DNA of 64,000 bases from Phormidesmis sp. (GCA_965248535.1 CBDFJR010000002.1:1312001-1376000); one strand, 5' to 3'. Numbered from the stretch's first letter, positions 9,808 to 20,986 are shown. The notes: generated by a model from the sequence alone, not told the origin. Numbers and translations are program-made.

Positions 9808-11211
9808 ATGGATTTAGTTGACTTAGCCTTTACGTCCGCTTTAGATCAGGCTCGACTGATTCGCAATCAAGATATTTCTCCCCTCGAATTGACCCAACTC
9901 TATTTAGAACGCATTCAGCAGCTAGACCCGCAGCTAGGCAGTTTTTTCACCGTGACTGCTGATCGAGCGATCGCCGATGCCAAAGCCAAAACTGAGCGGC
10001 TAACGGGCGATCGCTCGGAGTTGCCGCCGTTTTTTGGGGTGCCGATCGCGATTAAAGATCTCAATCCCGTAGCTGACCTGCCGTTTTCGGGTGGGGTGAA
10101 AATTGCCCTGCAAAGAAATATTGCCAAACAGGATGATTTGGTCGTAACCAAAATCAAGCAAGCAGGTTTTGTGATTCTGGGCAAGACAGCCACCTCTCAG
10201 CTTGGCTCCTTTCCTTACACAGAGCCGCCTGGCTTTCCACCAGCCCGCAACCCCTGGAATTTAGACTACACGCCCGGTGGCTCTAGCGGGGGGTCGGCCG
10301 CGGCCGTCGCCGCAGGCTTGTGCGCGATCGCTCAGGGTTCTGATGGGGGTGGGTCGGTGCGTGGCCCGGCTGCCTGCTGTGGTCTGGTGGGGCTAAAGCC
10401 GTCTCGCGGCCGCATTTCTAATGCCCCAGTGGGCGACTATTTGGGCGGCTGCTCGGTGAATGGAGTGCTCACCCACACGGTTGCCGATGCGGCGGCGTTT
10501 TTAGATGTGACCGCAGGCTATGTGACCGGAGATCCCTATTGGCTAGCTGACCCTGACCCCTCTTTTTTAGCTGCGACCCACCGAGATCCCGGCAAGCTGA
10601 GAATTGGCTGCATCACGTCAATTTTGCCGATCGGGGACGCTGATCCGGTTTATCAAAAGGTGACGCTTGAAATGTCCCACTTGCTCGAAGGACTAGGCCA
10701 CACGATCGAGCCAATTACCCCAGACTTTAGTGACTTAATCACGCCCTTTGTGGCGGTTTGGCGGGCCCAAACAGATGTCGGCATTCCGCCATTTTTTTTA
10801 GAGCGGGTCAATCGCTGGCTGTGGCTAAGAGCGAGGTTTACTAGGGCAAGTCAGCATATACGATCGCTGCATCAACTTCAGCGCTTTGCCCGCCAAGTGG
10901 TCGAGATGACCAACCCCTTTGATGTGCTGCTGACTCCCACTTATTTTCATCCCACAATTCGAGTCGGTGAATGGGCTAGGCTGAGTTCGGCTCAGACGAT
11001 CGAGAAGATTATTCAGTGGATCGCCCCTTGCCCGGCCTTTAACGTTAGCGGACAGCCCGCCATCTCGCTACCCGCCGGATTTGATGCCAACGGGGTGCCT
11101 TTGGGCATTCAGCTAGTGGGTCGCCCTGCCGATGAAGTGACGATCTTAGCCTTGGCAGCCCAGATTGAGTCCGTTCAGCCGTGGATTGGAAACCGCCCCA
11201 AGGTGAACTAA
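9808..11211 (+). CDS. Amidase (amidase-signature family)
   Basis: GGSSGGSAAAVA, GSDGGGSVRGPA, GLKPSRG. Confidence 0.95.
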   Translation: MDLVDLAFTSALDQARLIRNQDISPLELTQLYLERIQQLDPQLGSFFTVTADRAIADAKAKTERLTGDRSELPPFFGVPIAIKDLNPVADLPFSGGVKIALQRNIAKQDDLVVTKIKQAGFVILGKTATSQLGSFPYTEPPGFPPARNPWNLDYTPGGSSGGSAAAVAAGLCAIAQGSDGGGSVRGPAACCGLVGLKPSRGRISNAPVGDYLGGCSVNGVLTHTVADAAAFLDVTAGYVTGDPYWLADPDPSFLAATHRDPGKLRIGCITSILPIGDADPVYQKVTLEMSHLLEGLGHTIEPITPDFSDLITPFVAVWRAQTDVGIPPFFLERVNRWLWLRARFTRASQHIRSLHQLQRFARQVVEMTNPFDVLLTPTYFHPTIRVGEWARLSSAQTIEKIIQWIAPCPAFNVSGQPAISLPAGFDANGVPLGIQLVGRPADEVTILALAAQIESVQPWIGNRPKVN

Positions 11212-12119
11212 TCTTGCGGCTCTTTGCGAATTGAGCAACGATCGAACCAGCCTTGATATAAATCGAAATGACTGGGGTCTTCTACCTCAATTTCAATGCG
11301 GATCTTTTTGCAGCTATGGTGAGCTTGATGGGCGATCGAGTCAAGCAACCAGGCACCCGTCTGAGGCGAATCGAATTCTCCGCTAACCCTTAAAGAATTG
11401 TCGCCCGTTGTTAACTCATGGGATTGATAATTCTTCAGTTCTAACCCATCGATTTCGCCGTTGCCCAAATCGATTTCTGCTAACTGTTTATAGGTAGGAC
11501 TGATCTGTTCGACAATTAGCTTTTCGCGCCGAACTGGAACCTGAATGATGCGAGTTTCAATCTCTTTGCGAACGATCACTTCGCCAATTTTTTGCTTGCT
11601 GTAATCAACCGCTATTCGCTCTTCTAAAAGTCGAATGGTCTCTTCTTGCACCACTTCCCCTGAAACGGATTTGGGTAAGTTTGTGTAGTCAGTTAATGCT
11701 TTTGGGCTGACGGCGGTCGGCTGATCGTTTAACCCTTCTAGAGAGGTCAGATCGATCGCGTTAGAAACTGGCTCATTGGAAGGTTGCATAAGCGGCTGAT
11801 AGTCAGGGAACAGTCTGATATTGGATTGAGTAAGCGTAATTGAGAGTGTGTGGGCCCGCGATCGCACCCAACTCACCACTCGACTAGGAATTAAGAACAA
11901 ACGCTGCCCCTGATCAACATCTGGCTGAGAAATGAGCAGATGCAATCGCCGCTGATCGTCGAGAATTAAATCACTGACTTCCCCGACAAATCGCCCCTCT
12001 GCGTCGATCACCGCAAAGCTTTTTAGTTTCATTTTTAGTTGGTCTAGCCTTAGCGCTAGCCGCCGAGCCACGATCGCGCTGGTTGGCTGCGCTTCAGCAG
12101 AAGAAAGTTCACGATTCAT
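11208..12119 (-). CDS. PRC-barrel plus DUF2382 (YsnF/AvaK) domain protein
   Basis: N-terminal PRC-like GEVSDLILD; IRLLEERI..GEVIVRKEIETR..VPVRREKL. Confidence 0.85.
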   Translation of the reverse strand: MNRELSSAEAQPTSAIVARRLALRLDQLKMKLKSFAVIDAEGRFVGEVSDLILDDQRRLHLLISQPDVDQGQRLFLIPSRVVSWVRSRAHTLSITLTQSNIRLFPDYQPLMQPSNEPVSNAIDLTSLEGLNDQPTAVSPKALTDYTNLPKSVSGEVVQEETIRLLEERIAVDYSKQKIGEVIVRKEIETRIIQVPVRREKLIVEQISPTYKQLAEIDLGNGEIDGLELKNYQSHELTTGDNSLRVSGEFDSPQTGAWLLDSIAHQAHHSCKKIRIEIEVEDPSHFDLYQGWFDRCSIRKEPQD

Positions 12120-12248
12120 AGGGATATATCAATAGGGCTGATTTTGCGTAGAGGCGTGGGCAGAGCCACAAATAGCCCTGCCCCTTTAAGCGCTAAACGT
12201 TCATCCCTTAGGGACTGCTACGTTTGACGACTGTCTTAGATACGAGTC

Positions 12249-13220
12249 TTAGATGCGAGACGGAGCATCGCCTTCAACAACCGGGCGGCCCTGGGTGTCG
12301 ATGTCGAGTTCTTCACGACGAATTTGCTCTTCAGCGTTTACGACATCTTGGTCAACGACTTTTGTCACGCGCACTTCTTCACGCACAAAGGCTTCTTTGT
12401 GGATATCAGGCGTTTCTTCATAAACTTCCATGCGAGCCACTTCGCCTTCCTGAAACGCTGTGCTGCCTGGAGTGACAGCCGTGGTAGCGGTTGGGGTGCT
12501 GCGCTCAATCACGACCCGCTCTTTTTCGACGGGCACCGACACTCTAGCGGTTTCAGTTTCGATGTGCTTGCCGATCGTCACTTCGCCCGTTTTTTGGCGG
12601 CTCTTGTTAGCCACGAGACGCTCTTGATAGAGTTTGAGGCTAGGATTTTTGCTCTCGTCGATGTCATAAAGGTCTGCATCCATCCCATAGTGGTAGGTGT
12701 CACGATCGTAGCTGTGGCGATCATAGTCAGGCACAACTGCACCCATCGAAGACCCTGTGTAAGCCATGCCATCAACCGGGGAAATGGAACCCAGTCCAGC
12801 CGAGGTTTCTAGGGGCGCAGCATCTAGAACGCCAGCCCCCATGGATGCACCCATTGCAGCGCTTGCGGCAGAGGGACGATAGACGTTACGCACTTGCTCT
12901 TCGTGCTCATAGTCGAGGTTGAGGTCGTCTGTGAGTTCTGGTAGGGCCTCAACTTGCTGCCGGGTCAGACCGTCTGCGTAGACGCGACGATCGTTGTAGT
13001 CAATGCGAGCACGCCCGATCGGAAGCATCACTTTTTTGCCAAAAATCCAGGCACCTGTGCTGATGACTAAGTAGCGAAACTTCCCGTCTTCGTCCACTAA
13101 AACGTCATTGACTGACCCAATTCTTTCATCTCCAGAATAGAGGTCTAAATCTTTAACATCTTGGCCATCAAAATGATCGCGATAGTCTGGGTCAAAGTCT
13201 TTGATTTTATGAAGTGCCAT
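12249..13220 (-). CDS. PRC-barrel plus DUF2382 protein (AvaK-like)
   Basis: MALHKIKDFDPDY, GKKVMLPIGRARID, LKLYQERL, VSVPVEKERV. Confidence 0.9.
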   Translation of the reverse strand: MALHKIKDFDPDYRDHFDGQDVKDLDLYSGDERIGSVNDVLVDEDGKFRYLVISTGAWIFGKKVMLPIGRARIDYNDRRVYADGLTRQQVEALPELTDDLNLDYEHEEQVRNVYRPSAASAAMGASMGAGVLDAAPLETSAGLGSISPVDGMAYTGSSMGAVVPDYDRHSYDRDTYHYGMDADLYDIDESKNPSLKLYQERLVANKSRQKTGEVTIGKHIETETARVSVPVEKERVVIERSTPTATTAVTPGSTAFQEGEVARMEVYEETPDIHKEAFVREEVRVTKVVDQDVVNAEEQIRREELDIDTQGRPVVEGDAPSRI

Positions 13221-13457
13221 GTTAATTTCCTCAAGCTATATATTCTCTCGCTTTGGTATCAACAATAGAGACTTCTCTCTCTAGTTCCATCTTTCCAACG
13301 ACTTAACCAGCTTCTTTCTAATGGCTGAGTTCTGGTTGCTGTAAGGGCAAACTAACTATTTGTTCAATAATGGATTAAAAGGCGATTAACTTTGGTTTAG
13401 GGGGTCGGGCAGTGGGCGAAAATGAGCATTCTGCTGGTTTATAGCCCTTGTAATGAA

Positions 13458-14117
13458 ATGAAGACTCAATCTTGGTTGACGATCGTGGCCCAACAGCGAG
13501 CGATCGCCGTGATTCGGGCCCCTGAGTTTGAACTCGGCAGGCAGATGGCTAGAGCCGTTGCAGCAGGCGGCATGAAGATCCTCGAAATCACCTGGGACAG
13601 CGATCGTCCGGCCCGGTTAATTCACCAACTTCAGTCAGAGTTGCCAGACTGCACGATCGGCACCGGAACCGTGTTGACGCTTTCACAACTGCAAGCGGCG
13701 ATCGCCGCAGAGGTAGCGTTTGTGTTTACCCCCCATGTTGATGTCAATCTGATTCGTCTGGCGGTCGATCGGGCAGTTCCGATCATTCCGGGGGCATTAA
13801 CGCCGACTGAAATTGTCACAGCGTGGCAAGCAGGAGCCAGCAGCGTCAAGGTTTTCCCGGTTCAGGCGTTGGGCGGCGCTAGCTATATTCGCAGTTTGCA
13901 GGCCCCGATCGGGCAGATTCCTTTAATCCCCACGGGGGGCGTGACTCTTGAGAATGCTGCCGCGTTGATCGAGGCCGGAGCGATCGCGATCGGGCTTGCC
14001 GGAAGCTTGTTTCCTCAAGACGCGCTGCACGCTCAAAACTGGGCCGCCATCACTCAGCAAGCTAAAACTCTGATGGCCCGATTAAACGTCTCGCCAGATT
14101 CACGGAATCTGATTTGA
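13458..14117 (+). CDS. eda: KDPG/KHG aldolase
   Basis: IAVIR, GTGTVL, PGALTPTE, VKVFP, IPTGGV. Confidence 0.93.
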   Translation: MKTQSWLTIVAQQRAIAVIRAPEFELGRQMARAVAAGGMKILEITWDSDRPARLIHQLQSELPDCTIGTGTVLTLSQLQAAIAAEVAFVFTPHVDVNLIRLAVDRAVPIIPGALTPTEIVTAWQAGASSVKVFPVQALGGASYIRSLQAPIGQIPLIPTGGVTLENAAALIEAGAIAIGLAGSLFPQDALHAQNWAAITQQAKTLMARLNVSPDSRNLI

Positions 14118-14304
14118 GAGCGGTGTAGCTTATTTCATCTGCCTCGATCGACGCGACAAATGTGCATGAGGGCAAGACGACAGGGAAGATCTGCCCTCTT
14201 TTTATCTCTATCAAAAGGCTTGCCCTGCCTGAGATTTAGCCTTAGGGCAGGGTTGCATTTACGACTATTCAAATAGTATTAAATTAAGAGGATGGGAGGG
14301 ACTG

Positions 14305-14838
14305 ATGATCAAGTACCTCGTTGAGAGTCGTTGGTTACACAACGCTAGACTTGTAACTTTTGCAACACTAGCGATCGCTTCTTTGAGTGTTTTTGCAGCG
14401 CCTGCTTTATCGCAGATTCCACCGACTGCGATCGCACGATCGGCCAATCCGCTTAAAGGAGCGATGACGCAGTTGAAAAAATCTAATCAACGCTGGATAG
14501 AAATTGATTTAACCCGACAGCGATTAACTGCCTGGCAAGGAAACGATCCGTCTTATGCCGTGATTGTTTCAACAGGCAAAGACTCTACGCCAACGCTCAC
14601 AGGAATCTTTAAGATTCAGTCAAAGCTTCAAGTAGCGCGGATGAGGGGCGACGGATACGACATTTCAGATGTGCCGTTTACGATGTATTATTCGGGCGGC
14701 TATGCGATTCATGGCGCTTATTGGCACCGCAGTTTTGGCACCCCGGTGAGTCATGGCTGTGTCAATGTGGCAGTTGATCATGCAGAACGGCTGTTTGATT
14801 GGGCGGCGGTGGGCACCCCGATCGTGGTGCATGATTAG
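14305..14838 (+). CDS. L,D-transpeptidase (YkuD family)
   Basis: YAIHGAYW...SHGCVN; N-terminal signal peptide. Confidence 0.92.
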   Translation: MIKYLVESRWLHNARLVTFATLAIASLSVFAAPALSQIPPTAIARSANPLKGAMTQLKKSNQRWIEIDLTRQRLTAWQGNDPSYAVIVSTGKDSTPTLTGIFKIQSKLQVARMRGDGYDISDVPFTMYYSGGYAIHGAYWHRSFGTPVSHGCVNVAVDHAERLFDWAAVGTPIVVHD

Positions 14839-14875
14839 AGGAAATGAATAACTATTGGTTGGGTGCATGGGCCTT

Positions 14876-14900
14876 GGGCGCGGCAATGCCGTGCCCTTAC
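14876..14900. repeat. REP-like palindrome, family A
   Basis: GGGCGCGGCAATGCCGTGCCC-TTAC; related copies at 26434, 27277, 51545 and 57802. Confidence 0.75.
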
Positions 14901-14955
14901 GATGCTGTGGCCTGAGTCTAGGCGATTTTAGGGTTTGGGAAGATTAGAGCGATCG

Positions 14956-17262
14956 CTACATATATCCGCGCACGCGCTCGACCCGTTTGGGGGCCTCCAT
15001 CTCGGTAAACAATCGGATCGCTCGATAGAAATGGATGCGGCTTTCTTCGGCTTGGTGCATCGTTTTGTGGGTGATGGCAAGCTGCAAGTGAGCTTCAGCG
15101 AGGTCACATTTGGCCCCAATTTTACCTAAGAGCTTGATCGCTTGCTGGTGATGCGCGATCGCAGGTTCAAACGCTTGTTGTTCACGATAGAGTTGAGCAA
15201 TGCCGTGAAGAGAGTTGGCTTTAATTTGGGTGAAGTGTTTTGCTTCAGAATACAGCGTGGTTTTTTGATAGAGGGTGAGCGATCGGGCAATCTCTCCCAC
15301 ATTTCGATAGGTTGCGGCTAAATAGAGCAAGCTATAACCCGCTCCCCAGGCCGAGAGTTGACCGAGCAGCGCTTCAGTATCGACCTGATTGGCAAACTCT
15401 AACGCCATTGACTCTTGCCCAGTGCTGGAATATAAATAAGCCAAACAGCATTGAGAATAGACTAAATAATTTGAATGCACAGTGTCTTGTTGGCTCATTT
15501 CATAAACCTGATTGAAATATGCGATCGCCTCTTCAACTTCCCAGAGATCTTTTTTGCAAAGCCCTAAGTTTAACAGGGTCGAAGCTTTGAACTGGTCTTG
15601 ATTAAAGGTTTCTGAAATTTCTCCGGCTTTTTGATGACACTCGATCGCTTGTTGAAAGTTTCCGGCTAGCCGATAGATATAGCCGAGTAAGTTATAGAGC
15701 ATTCCCGATCGATGATCAGAGGTAACATTATCGATAATGCGGTTAATGGCAGACACCATTTGTTCCATTAATCCCAATCGATAAAACAGCCACCCTAAGG
15801 GAATCTCTTCACCCCACTGGCTGTCTTTAAACTCAACAATCACATTACAAGCTCGCTCAAAATTGCCAATTTCTAAATAGTGATGATAGGCTTCTAGCGC
15901 TCTTAAAGCATCTCCTACGGTGTTAACAATTTGAACACTTTGCATCCAAAACTCGGCAGCATTTTGATGGGTAATCGTCCATTCATCACTCGATTTAAGC
16001 TTGGCGATCGCCATCGCTCTAATCACGGGGTGCAGCCAATATTTTTGTTCACGTCGCCCTTCTAGCAGCGATCGTTTTTGCAGCGATCGAATCACCCGTC
16101 TATGTCGTTCTAAAGGCACATCCCACAGCAAACACAAAACACCTTCTGTAGAGATATAAGAAATGTCTTGATAGCGATAACACCCCAATCGACACAGCAA
16201 CTGATAGGCATCGATATCGACCGTTTGCAATCGCGTAAATTGACTAGCTACTAAATGATTTAGCTCTTGTTCAATCAGCAGGTCATCTTTGTTTTCTTGC
16301 CAATAAGACTCGATATCTCCATCAGAGTCGGTCAAAATCGCGCCACTGAGAATCTTCATTGCCTTGGCATTGCCGCCATAAGAGCGCCACATCTCAGACA
16401 AAGCCCCAGACTCAGTGCGAATCTGACGACTGCTAAAAAACTGCCTCCAATTCTCTTCGCTTAGGCTGTCGGGGCAATAGAGTTGCACGTTGACGTTTGG
16501 CTCATACAACCGCTCTCGACTGGTGATTAGGGTCACCGATCGCACCGAAGAATCAGCCAACACTCGCAGCAAATCAACATAGAGACGACGAGTGTCTATA
16601 AATCGACCTTCCCCGTTTAGGGCCGATTCTAAGTTGTCGATCAGCACCCCAATGCGGCGATCGGGGTCTCGCAATCTGCGCCGCAGTCGCTCTAGGTTAA
16701 TGCCAAAGTCTCGTTCGGTTTCTTCGTTAAAATTTTTGCGAAGCCATTCTTCGACAACGCTTTCGGCCGGGGTGATGCTCTCTTGCTCGGTGGGCATCCA
16801 CAGTTCTAATTGCAGGTCAAACCCTTGAGTGTCAAGATATTTTCGGGCTAGGGTCGTTTTTCCGAGGCCGCCTTCGCCTTGAATGACAATGATTTTTGCG
16901 CCCTGATTAACAAACTGATTGAGATCGGCGATCGCCTGTTCTCGACCCATAAAATCAGCACTGGCCGCGATCGCCAAGGGCGCAGACGCGGGGGTGCAAT
17001 CGGCTCGATATCGCCGAATCAGAGGGGCCTTAAAGTTTGATTTGCTGACACTTTCGCCGAGGGCCTGCGAGAGTTTGTTGAACAAACATGAACCGACATA
17101 GCGAACATAGCTTTCGTCATAGCCTAGATCTTGTGCAATCAGCTCATATTTTTTCCCGTCCCAAACTCGTCTAAAAATTTCTTGTGTTAGGTCGTCAAAA
17201 TGCTCTCCGATCGTGCTAAATACTAATGCGTCTGCAAACTCTAATACTTCGTCAACACCCAT
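14956..17262 (-). CDS. N-terminal HTH plus STAND (NB-ARC-like) ATPase plus TPR protein
   Basis: HTH-like KKYELIAQDLGYDESYVR; FMGRE; Walker A GEGGLGKT; Walker B VLIDNLE; ITSRE; LHPVIR; C-terminal TPRs; ATG 17262 preferred. Confidence 0.88.
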   Translation of the reverse strand: MGVDEVLEFADALVFSTIGEHFDDLTQEIFRRVWDGKKYELIAQDLGYDESYVRYVGSCLFNKLSQALGESVSKSNFKAPLIRRYRADCTPASAPLAIAASADFMGREQAIADLNQFVNQGAKIIVIQGEGGLGKTTLARKYLDTQGFDLQLELWMPTEQESITPAESVVEEWLRKNFNEETERDFGINLERLRRRLRDPDRRIGVLIDNLESALNGEGRFIDTRRLYVDLLRVLADSSVRSVTLITSRERLYEPNVNVQLYCPDSLSEENWRQFFSSRQIRTESGALSEMWRSYGGNAKAMKILSGAILTDSDGDIESYWQENKDDLLIEQELNHLVASQFTRLQTVDIDAYQLLCRLGCYRYQDISYISTEGVLCLLWDVPLERHRRVIRSLQKRSLLEGRREQKYWLHPVIRAMAIAKLKSSDEWTITHQNAAEFWMQSVQIVNTVGDALRALEAYHHYLEIGNFERACNVIVEFKDSQWGEEIPLGWLFYRLGLMEQMVSAINRIIDNVTSDHRSGMLYNLLGYIYRLAGNFQQAIECHQKAGEISETFNQDQFKASTLLNLGLCKKDLWEVEEAIAYFNQVYEMSQQDTVHSNYLVYSQCCLAYLYSSTGQESMALEFANQVDTEALLGQLSAWGAGYSLLYLAATYRNVGEIARSLTLYQKTTLYSEAKHFTQIKANSLHGIAQLYREQQAFEPAIAHHQQAIKLLGKIGAKCDLAEAHLQLAITHKTMHQAEESRIHFYRAIRLFTEMEAPKRVERVRGYM

Positions 17263-17581
17263 TTGCCAGCCAGCTATATTTTTTTTCTTTATTGTAATGA
17301 CAAGCGACAAGCAAGCAGACAGTCCTCAGGGGCAATGGCTCGATTCGCTGCGCGATCGCCCTCTGACTGAATAGAAAAATCGAACCTATCCAACGTTTTC
17401 CAACAAAGCGATCGCTTCTAACGTTTTCCAACACGAGCAGGGTTTGAGCATCATACAGAATCAAGCGGCACAAATTTTAGACTTGCGAGATGATGTCTGT
17501 GTGAGGTGCCCCAAACGCCTCAGCCCAGCCAAAGTGAGGAAGATTCTGTCACGCTTCAAACCTTTAGCAGGAGTTGCACCC

Positions 17582-18019
17582 ATGCGCCATCTAAACCCTC
17601 AAAAAACCTCTTCATCTTCTACTCAAGCTGATACTTCAACTCCGTGGATTTCGTCAGAAATGGCAAAGGCGATCGCTCTTCTAACCGCGCAAAATAACCT
17701 GCTTCAAGCTCAGTTACAGACCGTGCAAAATCGGTTGGATGTGATAGAAGAGATGGCTGCCCCCATCAATCGTCGCTATCGGGCCCCTGACCCTGAGAAC
17801 ACAATTTATAGCCCGATCGTCAAACTTTCTTTCAAGGCGATGAAGCTGTTGTTTCTGTTTATGGCGGGGTTTGCGTTAGCCTACGTTTTGGCTGGAGGAT
17901 TGGGAGCCTCAAATGTCATGGAGGTTTTGCAAATTCTCATGTCGGTTTGGCTATTGCCCCTGATGGCGCTGACTTTTTGCATTATCGCTCTGGCCACGAT
18001 CGTAGAATCGTTCAAGTAG
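17582..18019 (+). CDS. Hypothetical membrane protein (coiled coil plus 2 TM)
   Basis: AGGAG ribosome binding site before ATG 17582; heptad segment and two hydrophobic C-terminal helices. Confidence 0.65.
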   Translation: MRHLNPQKTSSSSTQADTSTPWISSEMAKAIALLTAQNNLLQAQLQTVQNRLDVIEEMAAPINRRYRAPDPENTIYSPIVKLSFKAMKLLFLFMAGFALAYVLAGGLGASNVMEVLQILMSVWLLPLMALTFCIIALATIVESFK

Positions 18020-18077
18020 CCTATAGAAAAAACGGTGCGAGGATTTGAAGAAGTGGAGATTCTAAGCGTCAAGGTAA

Positions 18078-18683
18078 ATGCAATCAACCCCTAAAATTTC
18101 TAACAGATCTCTAAGCGCGATCGTCCTCGCGGGTGGACAAAGCTCTCGCATGGGTCGCGACAAAGCGCTGATCGAGATTTCAGGGGTTCCTCTGCTGAGA
18201 CGAGTCTGTGAGGCGGCTCTGGGCTGCACCGATCAGGTTTATGTGGTGACAGCCTGGGGCGATCGCTATCGCGCCATTGTGCCGCCCAGTTGTCATCTGA
18301 TCGCCGATCTTCAGCAAGGGCCGTTGGTAGGCTTTGCTCAAGGATTGATCCCCATTCAAACCGATTGGGTGCTGCTGCTAGCGTGTGATCTGCCGCGACT
18401 GCGAGGTGAAGATCTGCAATCCTGGACAGCCAAATTAGAGCCAATTTCACCGGACGCGATCGCGCTATTGCCCCGCAGTCAAAAAGGCTGGGAACCGCTC
18501 TGTGGATTTTATCGCCGCACCTGCTTACCGGATTTAGAGGCGTTTATTGACCAAGGCGGACGATCGTTTCAAGCCTGGTTAGCCAACCAATCGGTTCAAG
18601 AATTGCTGTTAGAAAACCGAGAAATTTTATTTAACTGCAACACGCCTCAAGATTTAGAAGATTTTAGTCATGGCACTCGCTAA
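18078..18683 (+). CDS. mobA: Molybdenum cofactor guanylyltransferase
   Basis: LAGGQSSRMGRDKA, GPL, LACDLP, FNCNTP. Confidence 0.95.
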   Translation: MQSTPKISNRSLSAIVLAGGQSSRMGRDKALIEISGVPLLRRVCEAALGCTDQVYVVTAWGDRYRAIVPPSCHLIADLQQGPLVGFAQGLIPIQTDWVLLLACDLPRLRGEDLQSWTAKLEPISPDAIALLPRSQKGWEPLCGFYRRTCLPDLEAFIDQGGRSFQAWLANQSVQELLLENREILFNCNTPQDLEDFSHGTR

Positions 18684-18713
18684 ACTCAAAGGCGGCGAGT
18701 TTGTGAGATAGTT

Positions 18714-19454
18714 GTGACTCAATTTCTATTAGTGACAGATTTAGATAACACCTTGGTCGGCAACGATCGGGCCCTTGACCAACTCAATCAACGCTTAACG
18801 CAATGTCGTCAAGTCAGTGGACTCAAACTGGTTTATTCGACGGGGCGATCGCTCACGTCTTATCAGCAGCTATTAACCAAAGTCACGTTGCTAGAACCAG
18901 ATGTGCTCATCACCGCCGTTGGCACTGAGATTTATTATCCTGGCAACATCTTGGATCAAACCTGGGCAGACCAATCATCGGTCGGCTGGAATCGAGATAC
19001 AGTGGTTGCGATCACCCAACAATTTCCTCAGCTTGTGCCGCAGCCAGATTCTGAGCAGCGGGCGCTCAAAGTCAGCTTTTTGCTGGATGCAAAAGACGCA
19101 CATATTTTGCCAGACCTCGAAGCCAAAATGCACCATCAGGGCGTTGACGCTCAACTGATCTACAGCAGCCACAAAGATCTCGATATTTTGTCTAGCCGAG
19201 CCAATAAAGGCAACGCCCTAAACTACATTCGGCAAGTGTTGGAGTTTGACCCCGATCGCACGATCGCCTGTGGCGATTCGGGCAACGATATTGCGCTATT
19301 TGAGCAAAAAACCCTGGGGGTGATTATGGGCAATGCCCAACCAGAACTATTGCAGTGGCATTACCAAAACCCAAGTGACGATCGCTATCTCGCTCAGGGG
19401 TTTTGTGCCGCCGGAATCTTAGAGGGCTTACAATACTTCGGCTTCTTAGAATAG
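18714..19454 (+). CDS. spp: Sucrose-phosphate phosphatase (HAD family)
   Basis: [28 protein letters not shown]. Confidence 0.9.
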   Translation: MTQFLLVTDLDNTLVGNDRALDQLNQRLTQCRQVSGLKLVYSTGRSLTSYQQLLTKVTLLEPDVLITAVGTEIYYPGNILDQTWADQSSVGWNRDTVVAITQQFPQLVPQPDSEQRALKVSFLLDAKDAHILPDLEAKMHHQGVDAQLIYSSHKDLDILSSRANKGNALNYIRQVLEFDPDRTIACGDSGNDIALFEQKTLGVIMGNAQPELLQWHYQNPSDDRYLAQGFCAAGILEGLQYFGFLE

Positions 19455-19488
19455 AAGCAAGACAGTTTGCCCTCTCAACTTCATCTTC

Positions 19489-20115
19489 ATGATTGGCTAT
19501 CTCAAAGGAACGATCGCAGGCATTCAAAAAAACAGCAGCAATCGCGTCACCCTCACCCTAGAGGTGAATCAAATCGGCTATGACCTGCAAATCGTGCCGC
19601 GATTGCTGCAACAACTCCCCCAAGTCGGCGAAGATGCTCAAATCTTTACTCATCTCAACGTGCGAGAAGATCAGGTGACGCTGTTTGGGTTTAGCTCATC
19701 GGCCGAGCGCGATCTGTTTCGGCAACTCGTGAGCGTAAGCGGCATCGGCCCGCAACTGGCGCTAGCCTTGCTCGACACCCTCGGACTGCAAGATCTTGTT
19801 CAAGCGATCGTGGCGGGCAACACCCGTTTACTTTCTCGCACTCCCGGCGTAGGCAGCAAAACCGCCGAGCGCATCGCCCTAGAGCTAAAAACTAAACTGG
19901 CTGAATGGCGACAGCAGGCAGGCATCGCCATCGCCCCCGGAGCCGGGCCCGCCACCAATATTCTTGAAGATGTCGAAATGACCCTACTAGCTTTAGGCTA
20001 CACCGATCAGGAAATCACTCAGGCATTGCAGGCGGTTGGACAAAGCTCGACGCTCTCAAAAACAGACGACACCGAAGCCTGGATTCGGCAATCGATCGCG
20101 TGGCTCAGTCAATAA
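19489..20115 (+). CDS. ruvA: Holliday junction branch migration protein RuvA
   Basis: [43 protein letters not shown]. Confidence 0.97.
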   Translation: MIGYLKGTIAGIQKNSSNRVTLTLEVNQIGYDLQIVPRLLQQLPQVGEDAQIFTHLNVREDQVTLFGFSSSAERDLFRQLVSVSGIGPQLALALLDTLGLQDLVQAIVAGNTRLLSRTPGVGSKTAERIALELKTKLAEWRQQAGIAIAPGAGPATNILEDVEMTLLALGYTDQEITQALQAVGQSSTLSKTDDTEAWIRQSIAWLSQ

Positions 20116-20125
20116 CCCACGCCCG

Positions 20126-20986
20126 CTAGCCTTGAAGGGCCGTGATCTCTTCTGGAGTCTCGTTTTGAATCTCTTCTTGAATCAGAGCTTGAAATCTGGC
20201 ATCTTCGCGCAGGGTTTGAAAATTGATGTCTGTGGTCGCCATGCCCTTAATCACATAAGGCGATAGCTGAATCGCTCGCTCCAAATTTTCTAAGGCTTGA
20301 TCAAGCTTTCCTTGCAGCGCATAGATCCCCGCTTTTCCATACCAAGCGCTGGCGCTGCGATCGTTTATTTTTAAGCAGTTATCAAAACTGACTAGCGCCT
20401 CACTATAGCGGCGCAGCTTATTGAGAATTAGGCCTCTGTAGTTCCACACATAGTCACAGTTCGGTTTGATTTTCAAGGCCACCTCCACATCAAGCAGAGC
20501 CGCTGGCTGGCGGTTTAAGCACGAAAGAGCAATGCCCCGGTTATACCAGGCTTTGTGACTGTCTGGATTGAGGATCAGCACCCGATCGAAGCTGGTGATC
20601 GCCTCGGTGTAGCGAGAAAGATAGAGCAGAATTTTGCCGTGATTTTGCCAAGTGCGATAGTCGTTTGGCTCAAACTTGAGGGCCTGATAAAAGCTAGTTA
20701 GCGCTTCTGCATAGCGGCAGAGTTTACCCAACGAGAGACCTCGCCCTTGCCAGGCTAGCGACCATCGAGGCCGCAGGACGATCGCCCGTTCAAAATTGGC
20801 GATCGCGTCTTCGTAGTGCCCTATCTTTTCGAGAGCATAGCCGCGGCAAACCAGCGCGTCGGTGTTGTCAGGCTCAACCGTCAAGATCTGCTCATAGATT
20901 GCCGCCTGCTGCCCATAGGCACTGAGCAACCCTAGCGATCGTCCCCACCGATATCTAGCTTCTCGCGCATCCTCCTCAAGTTGCAT
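20126..20986 (-). CDS. TPR repeat protein
   Basis: 34-aa repeats such as AWYNRGIAL; C-terminal capping motif. Confidence 0.9.
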   Translation of the reverse strand: MQLEEDAREARYRWGRSLGLLSAYGQQAAIYEQILTVEPDNTDALVCRGYALEKIGHYEDAIANFERAIVLRPRWSLAWQGRGLSLGKLCRYAEALTSFYQALKFEPNDYRTWQNHGKILLYLSRYTEAITSFDRVLILNPDSHKAWYNRGIALSCLNRQPAALLDVEVALKIKPNCDYVWNYRGLILNKLRRYSEALVSFDNCLKINDRSASAWYGKAGIYALQGKLDQALENLERAIQLSPYVIKGMATTDINFQTLREDARFQALIQEEIQNETPEEITALQG

